DNA of 64,000 nt from Candidatus Zhuqueibacterota bacterium (GCA_029261995.1 JAJDAF010000050.1:215152-279151); one strand, 5' to 3'. Shown: positions 8,569 to 18,320, numbered from the stretch's first letter. Made by a program: numbers and translations. Notes: generated by a model not told the origin, from the sequence alone.

Positions 8569-10713
8569 ATGAAACGACCACTTTCATCTTTTCTGGGGAC
8601 AGCCACGCTGTTTGGCGTGTGCGCCGCGCTCAGCCTGTTCTTGTCAGAATGGATTCTTGGCTCCTTCTACGCTGCAATCAATTATCGCACATTTCTGTTC
8701 TACCTTGCCCTTTATCTGCCGGCCGGTGCGGTCGGCGGTGCAGTGCTTGGGCTGTTCTTGAAGCTCTTCTCAAGTGTGCTAAGCTCCCGCTGGATAGGCG
8801 TAAATCGTCCATCCTTCTTGCCGGCCGCGGTGATGTTTTCGTTTTTCTACATCTACGGTTTCTACTACATCAATGAAAAACTGACTGCCCGCGTTGGCGC
8901 ACTGGCTCCCTTGAGTCTCGCCGCGGATCTGGCGTTTCTGTTGCTGTCTTTCCTGGTATTTCGCCTGGTTGTGGCGCTACCTGAACGAAAAGGTAGCGCA
9001 GTCCTGGGCTTTCTTGAAGTCGGTTTCTTGCCGCTGATTCTTCTTGTTGGAGTCAATTTGCGCTTTTTTATCTGGCAGCCGCCGCACACCCAAATACCCG
9101 AATTGGTCTTTGGCACAATTGCGTTTGGCCTGGCGGGTCTGGCGGGCGCCGCTTTGGTCTGGCTTCATGCAAAGATCTTGACCGCTTCAGCATCCACGGG
9201 TGCGCGATTCGCCAGTGTTGCGGTAATGGCAGCAATTGTGTTTGCCATTCTTGTTTGGAGCGGCACGCCATCGACCGCCAGTTTCGACCGCACTGACGAT
9301 GAGTTTTTGGCGCAGGAAGCCGTGCAAAAGCCAAAGAACATCATCTGGATTGTCACCGACACGGCACGCCGTGACCATGTTTCGGTGTACGGCGGCCAGC
9401 GACAGACAACCCCGAGCCTTGAGCAATTTGCACAGGATGCCCTGGTTTTTGATAACGCCATCTCGGCGGCGCCCTGGACTCTGCCTTCGCACGCCTCAAT
9501 GTTCACGGGCATGTTTCCTTCGAAACACGGCGCACATTTTGTTGGTGACGCCATGTTCTCGACACCGCTGGTGCCGGGCAATCTGACGATCGGTGAAATC
9601 CTTTCGGCGCACGGCTACAACACCGCTGGCATCGCAGCGAACAATGCCGGATTGTCGCGACAGCTTGGATGCCATCAGGGATTTCAGTACTATTTTGATG
9701 GCCGCCCGCTTGTCTTCAGTATGTTCTGGGGCAAGGTGCTGCTCCAGCTTTCGGATGATTTTCGCATCGACGAGTTGTGGGTGAATGAGGTCTGCCTGGC
9801 AACAGAAATGGAACCCATCGTCAACAACTGGCTCGATGACAATGCTGATGACGGACCCTTCTTCCTGTTCGTGAATTTGATGGAGCCGCACGGCGGCATC
9901 GCCTTTGTGCCCGAGCCCTATGACTCCCTGTACGGCTTCGATCGCCAACGCCAGCAAGAGGTCTTCAAAGACTTCGATGCAGACAAAGTAGTGTTTTACC
10001 AGGCGGAGGTGACGGACGAGCACCGGGCATTTTGGAATGGCTACGTTCAGCGGAAGATTACTTTCATGGATGCCTATCTCGGCCGTCTGTTCGCCAGGTT
10101 AAAAGAGAAGGGACTCTATGATGACAGCATGGTCATCGTAAATTCCGACCACGGCGAGCTTTTTGGCGAACACAACTCATTCGGCCATAACACGGATTTG
10201 TACAATGAGTTGATTCGAGTGCCGTTGATGGTGAAGTACCCGCAGGCCGCCAAAACCGGCCGTGATGCAAAACTGGTGCAGACAGTTGACCTCATGCCGG
10301 AAATTCTGGCCCAGCTAGGCATCGAGATCCCCGCTAATGTTCAGGGCCAGCCGATTGACCAGGCGAACCATCCGGTGATTGCCGAGCTTTTTCAGCAACA
10401 ACACAATGCGCATGCCAAACGCAGTCCCGGCAGATACTACCGTGACCTGCGAGCGATCTTTGGCAACGTTGCGGGCGATTCACTGAAATACATCTGGGCT
10501 TCAAATGACAAGGCCGAACTCTTTGACATGGCAAACGACCCGGATGAGCTAACCGACGTTCTGCAGCAGAGGCCGCTGGCGGCTGACTCCCTGCGTGCGA
10601 GACTTGGCCGATGGGCCAGTAGCTTCAAACCGATGGAGACCAAGGGCCAGACTCGGAATATCGACAAGAAGGAATTGGAGAAGCGTTTGCGCTCACTGGG
10701 GTATATCAAGTAG
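8569..10713 (+). CDS. membrane-anchored sulfatase-fold hydrolase/transferase
   Basis: About 7 N-terminal TM segments; NIIWIVTDTARRDHVSVYG, APWTLPSHASMFTG, NLMEPHG, NSDHGELFGEH..FGH, TVDLMPEIL; ends RLRSLGYIK. Confidence 0.88.
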   Translation: MKRPLSSFLGTATLFGVCAALSLFLSEWILGSFYAAINYRTFLFYLALYLPAGAVGGAVLGLFLKLFSSVLSSRWIGVNRPSFLPAAVMFSFFYIYGFYYINEKLTARVGALAPLSLAADLAFLLLSFLVFRLVVALPERKGSAVLGFLEVGFLPLILLVGVNLRFFIWQPPHTQIPELVFGTIAFGLAGLAGAALVWLHAKILTASASTGARFASVAVMAAIVFAILVWSGTPSTASFDRTDDEFLAQEAVQKPKNIIWIVTDTARRDHVSVYGGQRQTTPSLEQFAQDALVFDNAISAAPWTLPSHASMFTGMFPSKHGAHFVGDAMFSTPLVPGNLTIGEILSAHGYNTAGIAANNAGLSRQLGCHQGFQYYFDGRPLVFSMFWGKVLLQLSDDFRIDELWVNEVCLATEMEPIVNNWLDDNADDGPFFLFVNLMEPHGGIAFVPEPYDSLYGFDRQRQQEVFKDFDADKVVFYQAEVTDEHRAFWNGYVQRKITFMDAYLGRLFARLKEKGLYDDSMVIVNSDHGELFGEHNSFGHNTDLYNELIRVPLMVKYPQAAKTGRDAKLVQTVDLMPEILAQLGIEIPANVQGQPIDQANHPVIAELFQQQHNAHAKRSPGRYYRDLRAIFGNVAGDSLKYIWASNDKAELFDMANDPDELTDVLQQRPLAADSLRARLGRWASSFKPMETKGQTRNIDKKELEKRLRSLGYIK

Positions 10714-10758
10714 GTCGTTTCTCACCGCCGTTGATTGCAGGTTTCGCCAGCAAAATTT

Positions 10759-13326
10759 ATGGACGAATCAGGTCTCACCACAAAACTCAAACACGCCATC
10801 CATCTCGGCTGTTGGCTAGGTTTGATCGGCGGCGTAATACGCGTCGTCATTCTTCTTTTGCAAAACAATTACTTCACGCAGGAAATAGCCACGTTCGGCG
10901 TAAACTATCTGCAAGTTTCGGTCAACCATTTTCTCCTACTCGGTTTGGCATTCGGAATTCTGTTAGGGATCTGCTGGAGGTTGTTTCGTAGCCTGGAGGG
11001 ATTCCTGCTTGCCGGATTGCTTGTTGCGTTACCAATTCTGCCCGTCGCCAATTTTCTAAACAGGAATATCTTCCCCGGCCGTTTTCACCCAATCAGCCTG
11101 GCAGGCAACGCCGCCATATTGGTGATTATGATTGCCCTGGCAATCTGGCTGTTTCTACGCTGGTTCAAGCCGGTCCGTTTTCTGCACCGACTCTACAGCA
11201 AATGGACATTTGCTGCGGCATTCGTGCTCGTTGGATGTGTAAATCTCTTCTACCTGCTGCAAATGCCTGAAGCCCGTTTGCAGGCTGCATCCCCTGAACC
11301 TGACGGTTTGGCCGGGTTGTTCAGAACGGTGTCCGCATCAACTTCTGGCGGAGTGAAGACCGGTTTTTCCATGTCTGACATAAAGAATCACTTGACGAAA
11401 ACAGCAGAAGACAGACTCCCGTTGCTGGATGAACGCATCGCTCGCAAGGATACCGCGGACATCATGGCCGAGGCCGACGCCTCAATTGCCCGGACCTTTG
11501 ATCTTCTAAACATCGCACACACATTTCCGGGTGAGATTGAGTGGCGCCAGAATCCGACCAAAGACCGGGAATGGCTGCTTGCCCTCAATCGGATGGACTG
11601 GATTTGGAGCGTGGCCGTCGCTTACCGAATGACGCAGGATTCCCAATATGCGCTCGCCTTTGACCGCATCATGCGCAGTTGGTTCGAGCAGAATCCGGTG
11701 CCGCGTTGGAAAAACGAGCGCGACAACGTCTGGCGCCTGATCGAATCCAGCGCCCGCATGACCGACAGTTGGATTGAGGCATTTTTTATTTTCTATAATT
11801 GCGATCAAGTCAGCGAGGAAGTCAAGTGGCGCATGCTGGCCTCGTTTCATGACCACGCGCAATTCCTGGCACACTTTCGTTCTCCCAGGAGGAATCATCT
11901 GCTGCAGGAGACGTATGGCTTGCTAGCGGTCGCTGCCGCATTTCCTGAGTTCAAAATGTCAGAAACCTGGATCGAAATCGCCAGACTACGGCTTGACCGG
12001 GCCATGCGCGAGGACGTTTATCCGGACGGCGGTTACACGGAGGGGTCGATTTACTACCACCGCTTCGCCATTCGCATTCTGCAGGAGATTACCGATTTCG
12101 CGGCGGCGTACGATGTTCGCCTTTCCGACTTCTTCTACCAGCAGCTCGAGAAGATGTACAGTTTTCTCATGCACACTTCCCGTCCCGACGGCGTCATGCC
12201 GCAGATGAATGACGGCTTCCACGCCAAGAATCTCCGCATCATGTTTGACCGGCCGGCCGAGTTTTTTTCTCGGCAGGACTTCGAGTACTTTGCGAGCGAC
12301 GGCTACTCGGGTGTGCGGCCTGAATCACCGTCGGTAGCATTTCCCTATTCTGGCATTTACGTCATGCGCAGCGGGTGGGCGCGCCAGGCGCGCTACATGA
12401 TTACAGATGCCGGGCCGTTCGGTTCATCGCACGGCCACGAAGACAAGCTGAGTTTTGAGCTGTTCGCGTTTGGCAGGCCATTTATCGTGGAAAGCGGCAC
12501 TTACACGTACGTGCGAAACAAGTGGCGGAAGTACTTCACCAGTTCATTCGCGCATAACACGATTGTTGTGGACGGCCGTAGCCAGATTCGCTTTCCGGAT
12601 CAGGAGCTTTGGGTGAATGCGCCGCCCGAAACCCTGGCCAATCAATGGATTTCGACGGACGCATTCGACTACCTTGAGGCGCACTACGATGGCGGCTACG
12701 GCAGCGTTAAGGAAGATGTACTCAGCGGAATTGTCCACACCCGGCGCTGGCTGTTTGTAAAACCGGACTACTGGATCATTTGGGACGTTGTCGAGGGAGA
12801 GGGGGAGCATAAGTTGGAACAACTATTTCACTTCTGGCATGAAGCGAACGTCGAGATTCTGGGCGAGAACGAGATTCGGGCCAGCTACTCGGGTGGACCA
12901 GCCATGTCCGTCCATGTTCTTGGCGAGAAACAGGGCCGCTTGACTGCCGTGAGGGGACAAGATAGTCCGGTGCAGGGCTGGGTTTCTTCGGAGTACGGCA
13001 AGAAAATGCCGGCATCCAGCGTTCGCGTCACCCGCCAGGGCGTTCTGCCGATTTCCTTTGTCACTATTCTGGCGCCATCGGAACTTGGACAACCGGATGA
13101 ACGTGTAGAATCTGTTCAAGTCACGGCCGGCGGGCAGTCTACTCCCCAAACAGAAGCAATTGCGGTTAAGCTCACATTTGAGAATCAAGTCGATCACATT
13201 TTGATTGCGCCAAATCTTCGAGAAGAAAAATCCTTCGGGGAGTTTGCAACCGGAGCAGAGTTGTTCGCGGTTCGGGAGAAAGGCGCAACTGCTACTCAAC
13301 TGTTCAGTCGGGAGGATGTGAAATGA
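10759..13326 (+). CDS. membrane-anchored heparinase II/III family (polysaccharide lyase-like) protein
   Basis: About 4-5 N-terminal TM helices, then LNRMDW, NHLLQETYGL, YPDGGYTEGSIYYH, HGHEDKLSFEL, HNTIVVDG, HTRRWLFV, typical of Hepar_II_III_N plus Hepar_II_III. ATG 10759 preferred over TTG 10735. Confidence 0.85.
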   Translation: MDESGLTTKLKHAIHLGCWLGLIGGVIRVVILLLQNNYFTQEIATFGVNYLQVSVNHFLLLGLAFGILLGICWRLFRSLEGFLLAGLLVALPILPVANFLNRNIFPGRFHPISLAGNAAILVIMIALAIWLFLRWFKPVRFLHRLYSKWTFAAAFVLVGCVNLFYLLQMPEARLQAASPEPDGLAGLFRTVSASTSGGVKTGFSMSDIKNHLTKTAEDRLPLLDERIARKDTADIMAEADASIARTFDLLNIAHTFPGEIEWRQNPTKDREWLLALNRMDWIWSVAVAYRMTQDSQYALAFDRIMRSWFEQNPVPRWKNERDNVWRLIESSARMTDSWIEAFFIFYNCDQVSEEVKWRMLASFHDHAQFLAHFRSPRRNHLLQETYGLLAVAAAFPEFKMSETWIEIARLRLDRAMREDVYPDGGYTEGSIYYHRFAIRILQEITDFAAAYDVRLSDFFYQQLEKMYSFLMHTSRPDGVMPQMNDGFHAKNLRIMFDRPAEFFSRQDFEYFASDGYSGVRPESPSVAFPYSGIYVMRSGWARQARYMITDAGPFGSSHGHEDKLSFELFAFGRPFIVESGTYTYVRNKWRKYFTSSFAHNTIVVDGRSQIRFPDQELWVNAPPETLANQWISTDAFDYLEAHYDGGYGSVKEDVLSGIVHTRRWLFVKPDYWIIWDVVEGEGEHKLEQLFHFWHEANVEILGENEIRASYSGGPAMSVHVLGEKQGRLTAVRGQDSPVQGWVSSEYGKKMPASSVRVTRQGVLPISFVTILAPSELGQPDERVESVQVTAGGQSTPQTEAIAVKLTFENQVDHILIAPNLREEKSFGEFATGAELFAVREKGATATQLFSREDVK

Positions 13327-13715
13327 GGAAGCAATCCAGTCTCTTCACAATTGTTGGTGCTTTTGTTCTTGTCTTTTCTTTCAGTTCAACCGTTCAGAGT
13401 CAAGTTGCTTTGTTGGAGGATGGCCAGAACGCTCTTGGCCTGGGCGGGAGTTTGTACTACGACTTTGACGGTGCGGGAGGGTTTTCCGGGACTTTTTCTG
13501 CGCTGCTGCTTGATCGTCTGGATTTCAGTGTGACGCAAGGCAGGTTATATCCAAATTCAGAAGATTTCGTCGATTCGGTGTTGTCCCAGAGTTTCGATGT
13601 CCTGATCGGGACGCAAAACGACGACCGCAAACTCGTCTTTCTTGAACTTGGTGCGTCTCGTACCGAGGGCGACTTCAGCGGCTCGGTCTCGGCGGGTATG
13701 GTAATATCTTTCTGA
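13323..13715 (+). CDS. small secreted hypothetical protein, possibly outer-membrane beta-strand protein
   Basis: ATGA overlap with the upstream stop; signal peptide; alternating hydrophobic beta-strand pattern; terminal Phe (GMVISF). Confidence 0.55.
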   Translation: MRKQSSLFTIVGAFVLVFSFSSTVQSQVALLEDGQNALGLGGSLYYDFDGAGGFSGTFSALLLDRLDFSVTQGRLYPNSEDFVDSVLSQSFDVLIGTQNDDRKLVFLELGASRTEGDFSGSVSAGMVISF

Positions 13716-13992
13716 GAACCTATAGGTGAATTTCCGCAGCGCGAAAACGGTATTGGTGCTGCCGAGACGTCCGTCCTGACGCTCTCATCAATACCCCATT
13801 GTTTCACAATGCAACACCAAAAGAAACTATCTGATCCCTTTTAAGACATCAAAGTTATGTGCCGATAACATTAACGCCGACGTGTCACTGTTTAGGTCTT
13901 AAAAAATAGCATGTTAACACGATATTGAGAATATTTGAAATGACTGTGAGTATCGGTATAGAATTTGCAAACGCAAGACGACTGTTTTCAGA

Positions 13993-16224
13993 ATGGCTCA
14001 ATTCAAAAAGGACGGTGAATCGTTGATCAATCCGGAGAGTAGAATTAGACTCAAGCTTGGAGTCATTGTACCCTTCTTCCTAGTCTTCCTGCTTATCCTC
14101 GGATCCCAGCCGGCGCATGCCTACATCGGACCTGGCGCAGGCTTTGCTTTTCTGACCTCGTTCCTGATGTTGTTTGCCAGTTTTTTCATGGCGTTTTTTA
14201 CCCTGCTGACCTGGCCCATGAGGGTGTTCGTTCGCTTCTTCAAACGCCGCAAAGCGTTCGTACAAGCCAAAACGGACCGCGTCGTCATTCTGGGCCTCGA
14301 CGGCCTTGAGCCGACGATTACGGAACGGTTGCTCAAGCAAGGCAAGTTGCCGAACCTGCTGAGGTTGAAGGAGCAGGGGTCCTATTCGCATTTGCAAACC
14401 ACCTATCCCGCGATTTCGCCAGTGGCATGGTCAGCGTTTTCGACAGGCGTGAATCCGGGCGGGCACAACATTTTTGATTTCCTGTCTCGACACAAGCAGA
14501 CCTACATGCCTGAGCTTTCCTCCTCCAAAGTCGGCACACCAAGCCGGAAGCTATCCTTTGGGCAATATGAGATTCCGCTGGGCAAACCGATTGTTCGTTT
14601 TCTGCGTCGCAGCAAGAGTTTCTGGAAAATCTTGGGCGACCACGGCATTTTTAGCCATGTCCTGCGGGTTCCGATTACATTTCCACCCGAGAAATTTAAC
14701 GGCGCCATGCTATCCGCCATGTGTGCGCCTGATTTGTGGGGAACTCAAGGCACCTTTTCTTTTTTCACCACCGACGATTCGGTGGACCCCATCAAGGAAG
14801 GCGGAGACACACAGATTGTGACACGCAACGGCGACCGCGTCGAAGGCAATATCAAGGGGCCTGAGAATTCCATTAAGAAGAATCACGGCCAGATGCTGCT
14901 GCCATTTGTGGCCAAAATTTTGGGTGAAGACGAAGCCGAGCTTATCATCGGCAAAGAGAGGATTCATCTCAAAAAGAAAAAATACACGGAGTGGATCGAG
15001 CTTAAATTCAAAGCAGGCTTGGGCATCAAAGTGCAGGGTATCGCGCGGTTTTACCTGCTCGACACCAAACCGCATTTCCGTCTTTACATGACGCCCATAA
15101 ATATCGATCCTGAGACGCCGGCGTTGCCGATTTCGTACCCCTATTTCTACTCGGTCTACCTGGCCAAGCTGCACGGCAAGTTTGCAACTCTCGGCCTGGC
15201 CGAAGACACCTGGTCGCTCAACGAAGGCATCCTGGACGAGCAGGCGTTTCTGGAGCAGGCTTATCTGATTCATGACGAACGCGAAAAGCAGTTTTTCCAC
15301 GCTCTTGATAAAACCAAGAAGGGCTTATGCGCGGTCGTTGTTGATGCGACGGACCGAATTCAGCACATGTTTTTCCGAACGCTGGAGGATGACCATCCGG
15401 CGAACAAGGGCAAAGAAACGGAGAAATACAAGAACGTCATCGAAGACATGTACATTAAGATGGACGGCCTGGTGGGCCGAACCATGGAAAAAGTCAACAA
15501 AGACGACCTCTTTATCGTGCTCTCCGACCACGGCTTCAAGTCTTTCAAACGCGGCATCAATCTGAACGTTTGGCTGAAGGAGAATGGCTATCTCACCCTC
15601 AAAGATGGGGTTGAAAAAACAGGCGAGTTTTTTCAGGGCGTAGACTGGTCGAAAACAAAGGCCTACGCTTTTGGGCTTGCGGGTATCTACCTGAATGTGA
15701 AGGGCCGGGAGAAGCACGGCACTGTCGAACCAGGTGATGAGTACCAGAAGCTCAAGAGAGAGCTGATTGAGAAGCTTTCCGGCTTGATAGACCCGAAAAA
15801 CGGTAATGTCGCGATCACCGAAATGTATGATGGTCAAAAAATTTACAGCGGTCCCTACGTTAATGACGGCCCAGATTTGATCAGTGGTTACAACATCGGT
15901 TACCGCATCTCGTGGAACGGAGCCACCGGCGTTATTGATGACACTCTTTTTGATGACAACACGAAAGCCTGGAGTGGCGACCACTGCATCGATCCCAAGC
16001 TGGTTCCGGGTGTGATTTTCAGCAATATGAAAATAGCCGCGGCAAAGCCGGGACTTGTCGACTTGGCGCCAACGGTTCTGGATATGTTTGGAGTCGCCAA
16101 GCCGGGTTACATGACGGGGGCAAACATCTTTGAGACGACGCGTAGTGGCGTAAACGGGCGTGCTCACAAGATCGGCAAAGTCGAAACGGTTGAGATTACG
16201 GAGGTCGCGAACCCCAATGAGTAG
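13993..16224 (+). CDS. alkaline phosphatase superfamily protein (type I phosphodiesterase/nucleotide pyrophosphatase-like), membrane anchored
   Basis: VVILGLDG, PAISPVAWSAFSTGVNPGGHNIFDF, DRIQHMFF, VLSDHGF, WSGDHC, VDLAPTVL. N-terminus: signal-like segment ..PAHA|YIGPGAG followed by a TM helix and a basic stretch. Confidence 0.85.
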   Translation: MAQFKKDGESLINPESRIRLKLGVIVPFFLVFLLILGSQPAHAYIGPGAGFAFLTSFLMLFASFFMAFFTLLTWPMRVFVRFFKRRKAFVQAKTDRVVILGLDGLEPTITERLLKQGKLPNLLRLKEQGSYSHLQTTYPAISPVAWSAFSTGVNPGGHNIFDFLSRHKQTYMPELSSSKVGTPSRKLSFGQYEIPLGKPIVRFLRRSKSFWKILGDHGIFSHVLRVPITFPPEKFNGAMLSAMCAPDLWGTQGTFSFFTTDDSVDPIKEGGDTQIVTRNGDRVEGNIKGPENSIKKNHGQMLLPFVAKILGEDEAELIIGKERIHLKKKKYTEWIELKFKAGLGIKVQGIARFYLLDTKPHFRLYMTPINIDPETPALPISYPYFYSVYLAKLHGKFATLGLAEDTWSLNEGILDEQAFLEQAYLIHDEREKQFFHALDKTKKGLCAVVVDATDRIQHMFFRTLEDDHPANKGKETEKYKNVIEDMYIKMDGLVGRTMEKVNKDDLFIVLSDHGFKSFKRGINLNVWLKENGYLTLKDGVEKTGEFFQGVDWSKTKAYAFGLAGIYLNVKGREKHGTVEPGDEYQKLKRELIEKLSGLIDPKNGNVAITEMYDGQKIYSGPYVNDGPDLISGYNIGYRISWNGATGVIDDTLFDDNTKAWSGDHCIDPKLVPGVIFSNMKIAAAKPGLVDLAPTVLDMFGVAKPGYMTGANIFETTRSGVNGRAHKIGKVETVEITEVANPNE

Positions 16225-18199
16225 AATGTTACAATCTATTGCAGGCACGAGTTGCCTGCTCGTAAGCCTGTGTTTGCTTGCTGCGAGTTTCACTGGTTGC
16301 GACAAGACACGTGCGGATGCGCCACAAAAAAAAGTCATTGTGATAGGATTTGATGGCGCTGATCCCGACCTTTTAAATCAGTACATGAAAGAGGGCAGGC
16401 TGCCCAATTTTTCAAGGTTTGCACAGACCGGTGACTATATGCCGCTCGGGACCAGTGTACCGCCGCAAAGTCCCGTGGCGTGGTCGAATTTTATCACCGG
16501 CATGAATCCGGGCGGGCACGGCATCTACGACTTCATTCACCGTGACCCTGAGTTGATGACGCCGATTTCTTCCACCTCGAAGACCGAAGGTTCATCGAAC
16601 ACGCTCAAGATCGGCAAATGGTTGATCCCACTATCCAGTGGCCATGTCAAGAATTTGAGGCAGGGCGAGGCTTTCTGGACCATGCTGGAAGATAGGGGCA
16701 TCTCTACCACGGTCATCAAAGTACCGGCGAATTTCCCGCCTATTGAATCGGATGGCAAGACCTTGAGCGGCATGGGCACGCCTGATTTGCTCGGCAGTTT
16801 CGGGACGTTTTCCTTCTACACCGACGATCCGCCAGCCAACCGGGACGATATCTCCGGGGGCACGATTTATCCGGTAACTCTGGTCAACAACAGCTTTGAG
16901 TCAAATCTTGTGGGGCCCAAAAACGCTTTACTCGAAGGCGAGCCGGACGCAACCATTCCGTTCAAAGTCTACCGGGACGCTGAGAATGCGACTGCCAGAA
17001 TTGATGTGCAGGGCAAGCAGATTCTGCTGCAGGAGAAAGAGTGGAGCGACTGGCTTCAGGTCAACTTTGACCTCCTGCCCGCCGGTTTGACGGGTGTGAG
17101 CGGCATCTGCCGTTTCTACCTGAAAGAAGTTCGTCCCAAGGTGAAATTGTACGTCACGCCGATCAATATTGACCCATCGGCGCCTGCGCTGCCGGTCTCA
17201 ACACCGGAAGACTACGTTGAGGACCTGCACAAGTGTTGTGGCAATTTTTATACGCAGGGCATGCCCGAAGACACCAAAGCGCTCTCCTGGGGTGTGTTTG
17301 ACCACGATGATTTTCACAGCCAAAGTAAGAATGTTCTCGAAGAGCGGCTGCGCATGTTCAATCATGTCTACGACAACTATGAAGACGGCTTGCTCTTCTT
17401 CTACTTCTCCAGCACGGATCTCAACGCCCACATGTTTTACAATATGATCGATCCCGAGCATCCGGGCTACAAGCCCGAGTTGGCGGCGAAATATCATGAC
17501 GTGATTGCATCGGTCTATGAAGGCGTGGATGCAGTAGTCGGGCGTGTGCTTGACACAATCGACGATGAAACGACCGTGATGGTAATGTCAGACCATGGTT
17601 TTGCTCCTTTCCGAAGGGCCGTGCATCTCAATACCTGGTTGCTGCAGGAGGGCTATGTCTCTCTGCTTGACGAAACAAAGCAGGAGGAGTCAGACTATTT
17701 TTTGAACGTAGACTGGGGCAAGAGTCAGGTTTATGGCCTCGGTTTTAACGGGCTTTACGTCAATTTGCTTGGCCGTGAGAAATACGGCATCGTCAAATAC
17801 AGCGAGAAAGGCAAGCTCATTGATGAGATCGCCGACAAGTTGCTAGATCTGCGCGACCCGAAGAATGGCGAGAAAATTGTCGATAGAGTCTACCGCGCTA
17901 GCGAGATCTATTCCGGTGTCAACCTGCGCGGGGCCCCCGATCTTGTGATTGGTTATAAACGGGGTTACCGTGCATCCGACAAGACGGTGTTAGGCAGCTT
18001 TCCGAGGGAATGGATCGCTGACAACATGGATTCCTGGAGCGGTGACCACTGCATGGCGGCTGAGTTGGTTCCAGGAATCATTCTGTCAAACAAGAAGATC
18101 GTAGCCGAGAATCCGAAGCTGTATGATCTTGCCCCGACGATTTTATCAGAATTTGGGGTAGGTAAGAACGCAGATATGGTAGGGGAGTCCATCTTTTGA
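16217..18199 (+). CDS. alkaline phosphatase superfamily protein (NPP-like), probable lipoprotein; paralog of 13993-16224
   Basis: ATG 16217 overlaps the upstream stop by 8 nt; lipobox-like LAASFTG|C; VIVIGFDG, PPQSPVAWSNFITGMNPGGHGIYDF, MSDHGF, WSGDHC, YDLAPTIL. Confidence 0.85.
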   Translation: MSRMLQSIAGTSCLLVSLCLLAASFTGCDKTRADAPQKKVIVIGFDGADPDLLNQYMKEGRLPNFSRFAQTGDYMPLGTSVPPQSPVAWSNFITGMNPGGHGIYDFIHRDPELMTPISSTSKTEGSSNTLKIGKWLIPLSSGHVKNLRQGEAFWTMLEDRGISTTVIKVPANFPPIESDGKTLSGMGTPDLLGSFGTFSFYTDDPPANRDDISGGTIYPVTLVNNSFESNLVGPKNALLEGEPDATIPFKVYRDAENATARIDVQGKQILLQEKEWSDWLQVNFDLLPAGLTGVSGICRFYLKEVRPKVKLYVTPINIDPSAPALPVSTPEDYVEDLHKCCGNFYTQGMPEDTKALSWGVFDHDDFHSQSKNVLEERLRMFNHVYDNYEDGLLFFYFSSTDLNAHMFYNMIDPEHPGYKPELAAKYHDVIASVYEGVDAVVGRVLDTIDDETTVMVMSDHGFAPFRRAVHLNTWLLQEGYVSLLDETKQEESDYFLNVDWGKSQVYGLGFNGLYVNLLGREKYGIVKYSEKGKLIDEIADKLLDLRDPKNGEKIVDRVYRASEIYSGVNLRGAPDLVIGYKRGYRASDKTVLGSFPREWIADNMDSWSGDHCMAAELVPGIILSNKKIVAENPKLYDLAPTILSEFGVGKNADMVGESIF

Positions 18200-18320
18200 G
18201 GCGCTATTCGCAGGTCAGGGCATCTCAGGGTGGCTGAAGAAGAACATTGAGCTTGTGGAATTATTCATCGAGCTAGTGCAAATAGAACAAACCAGGGTTA
18301 GTCGATAAAGGAGTAAATTG

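Noticed and set aside
723-10713. Naming the three proteins arylsulfatase (atsA) or choline sulfatase (betC)
   Set aside because: The (C/S)xPxR motif is absent and the multi-TM N-termini do not fit those enzymes, so no gene symbol is given.
13716-13842. Possible read-through or frameshifted continuation of the 13323 ORF
   Set aside because: The in-frame continuation (EPIGEFPQRENG...) lacks the strand pattern and soon stops; nothing supports a pseudogene.
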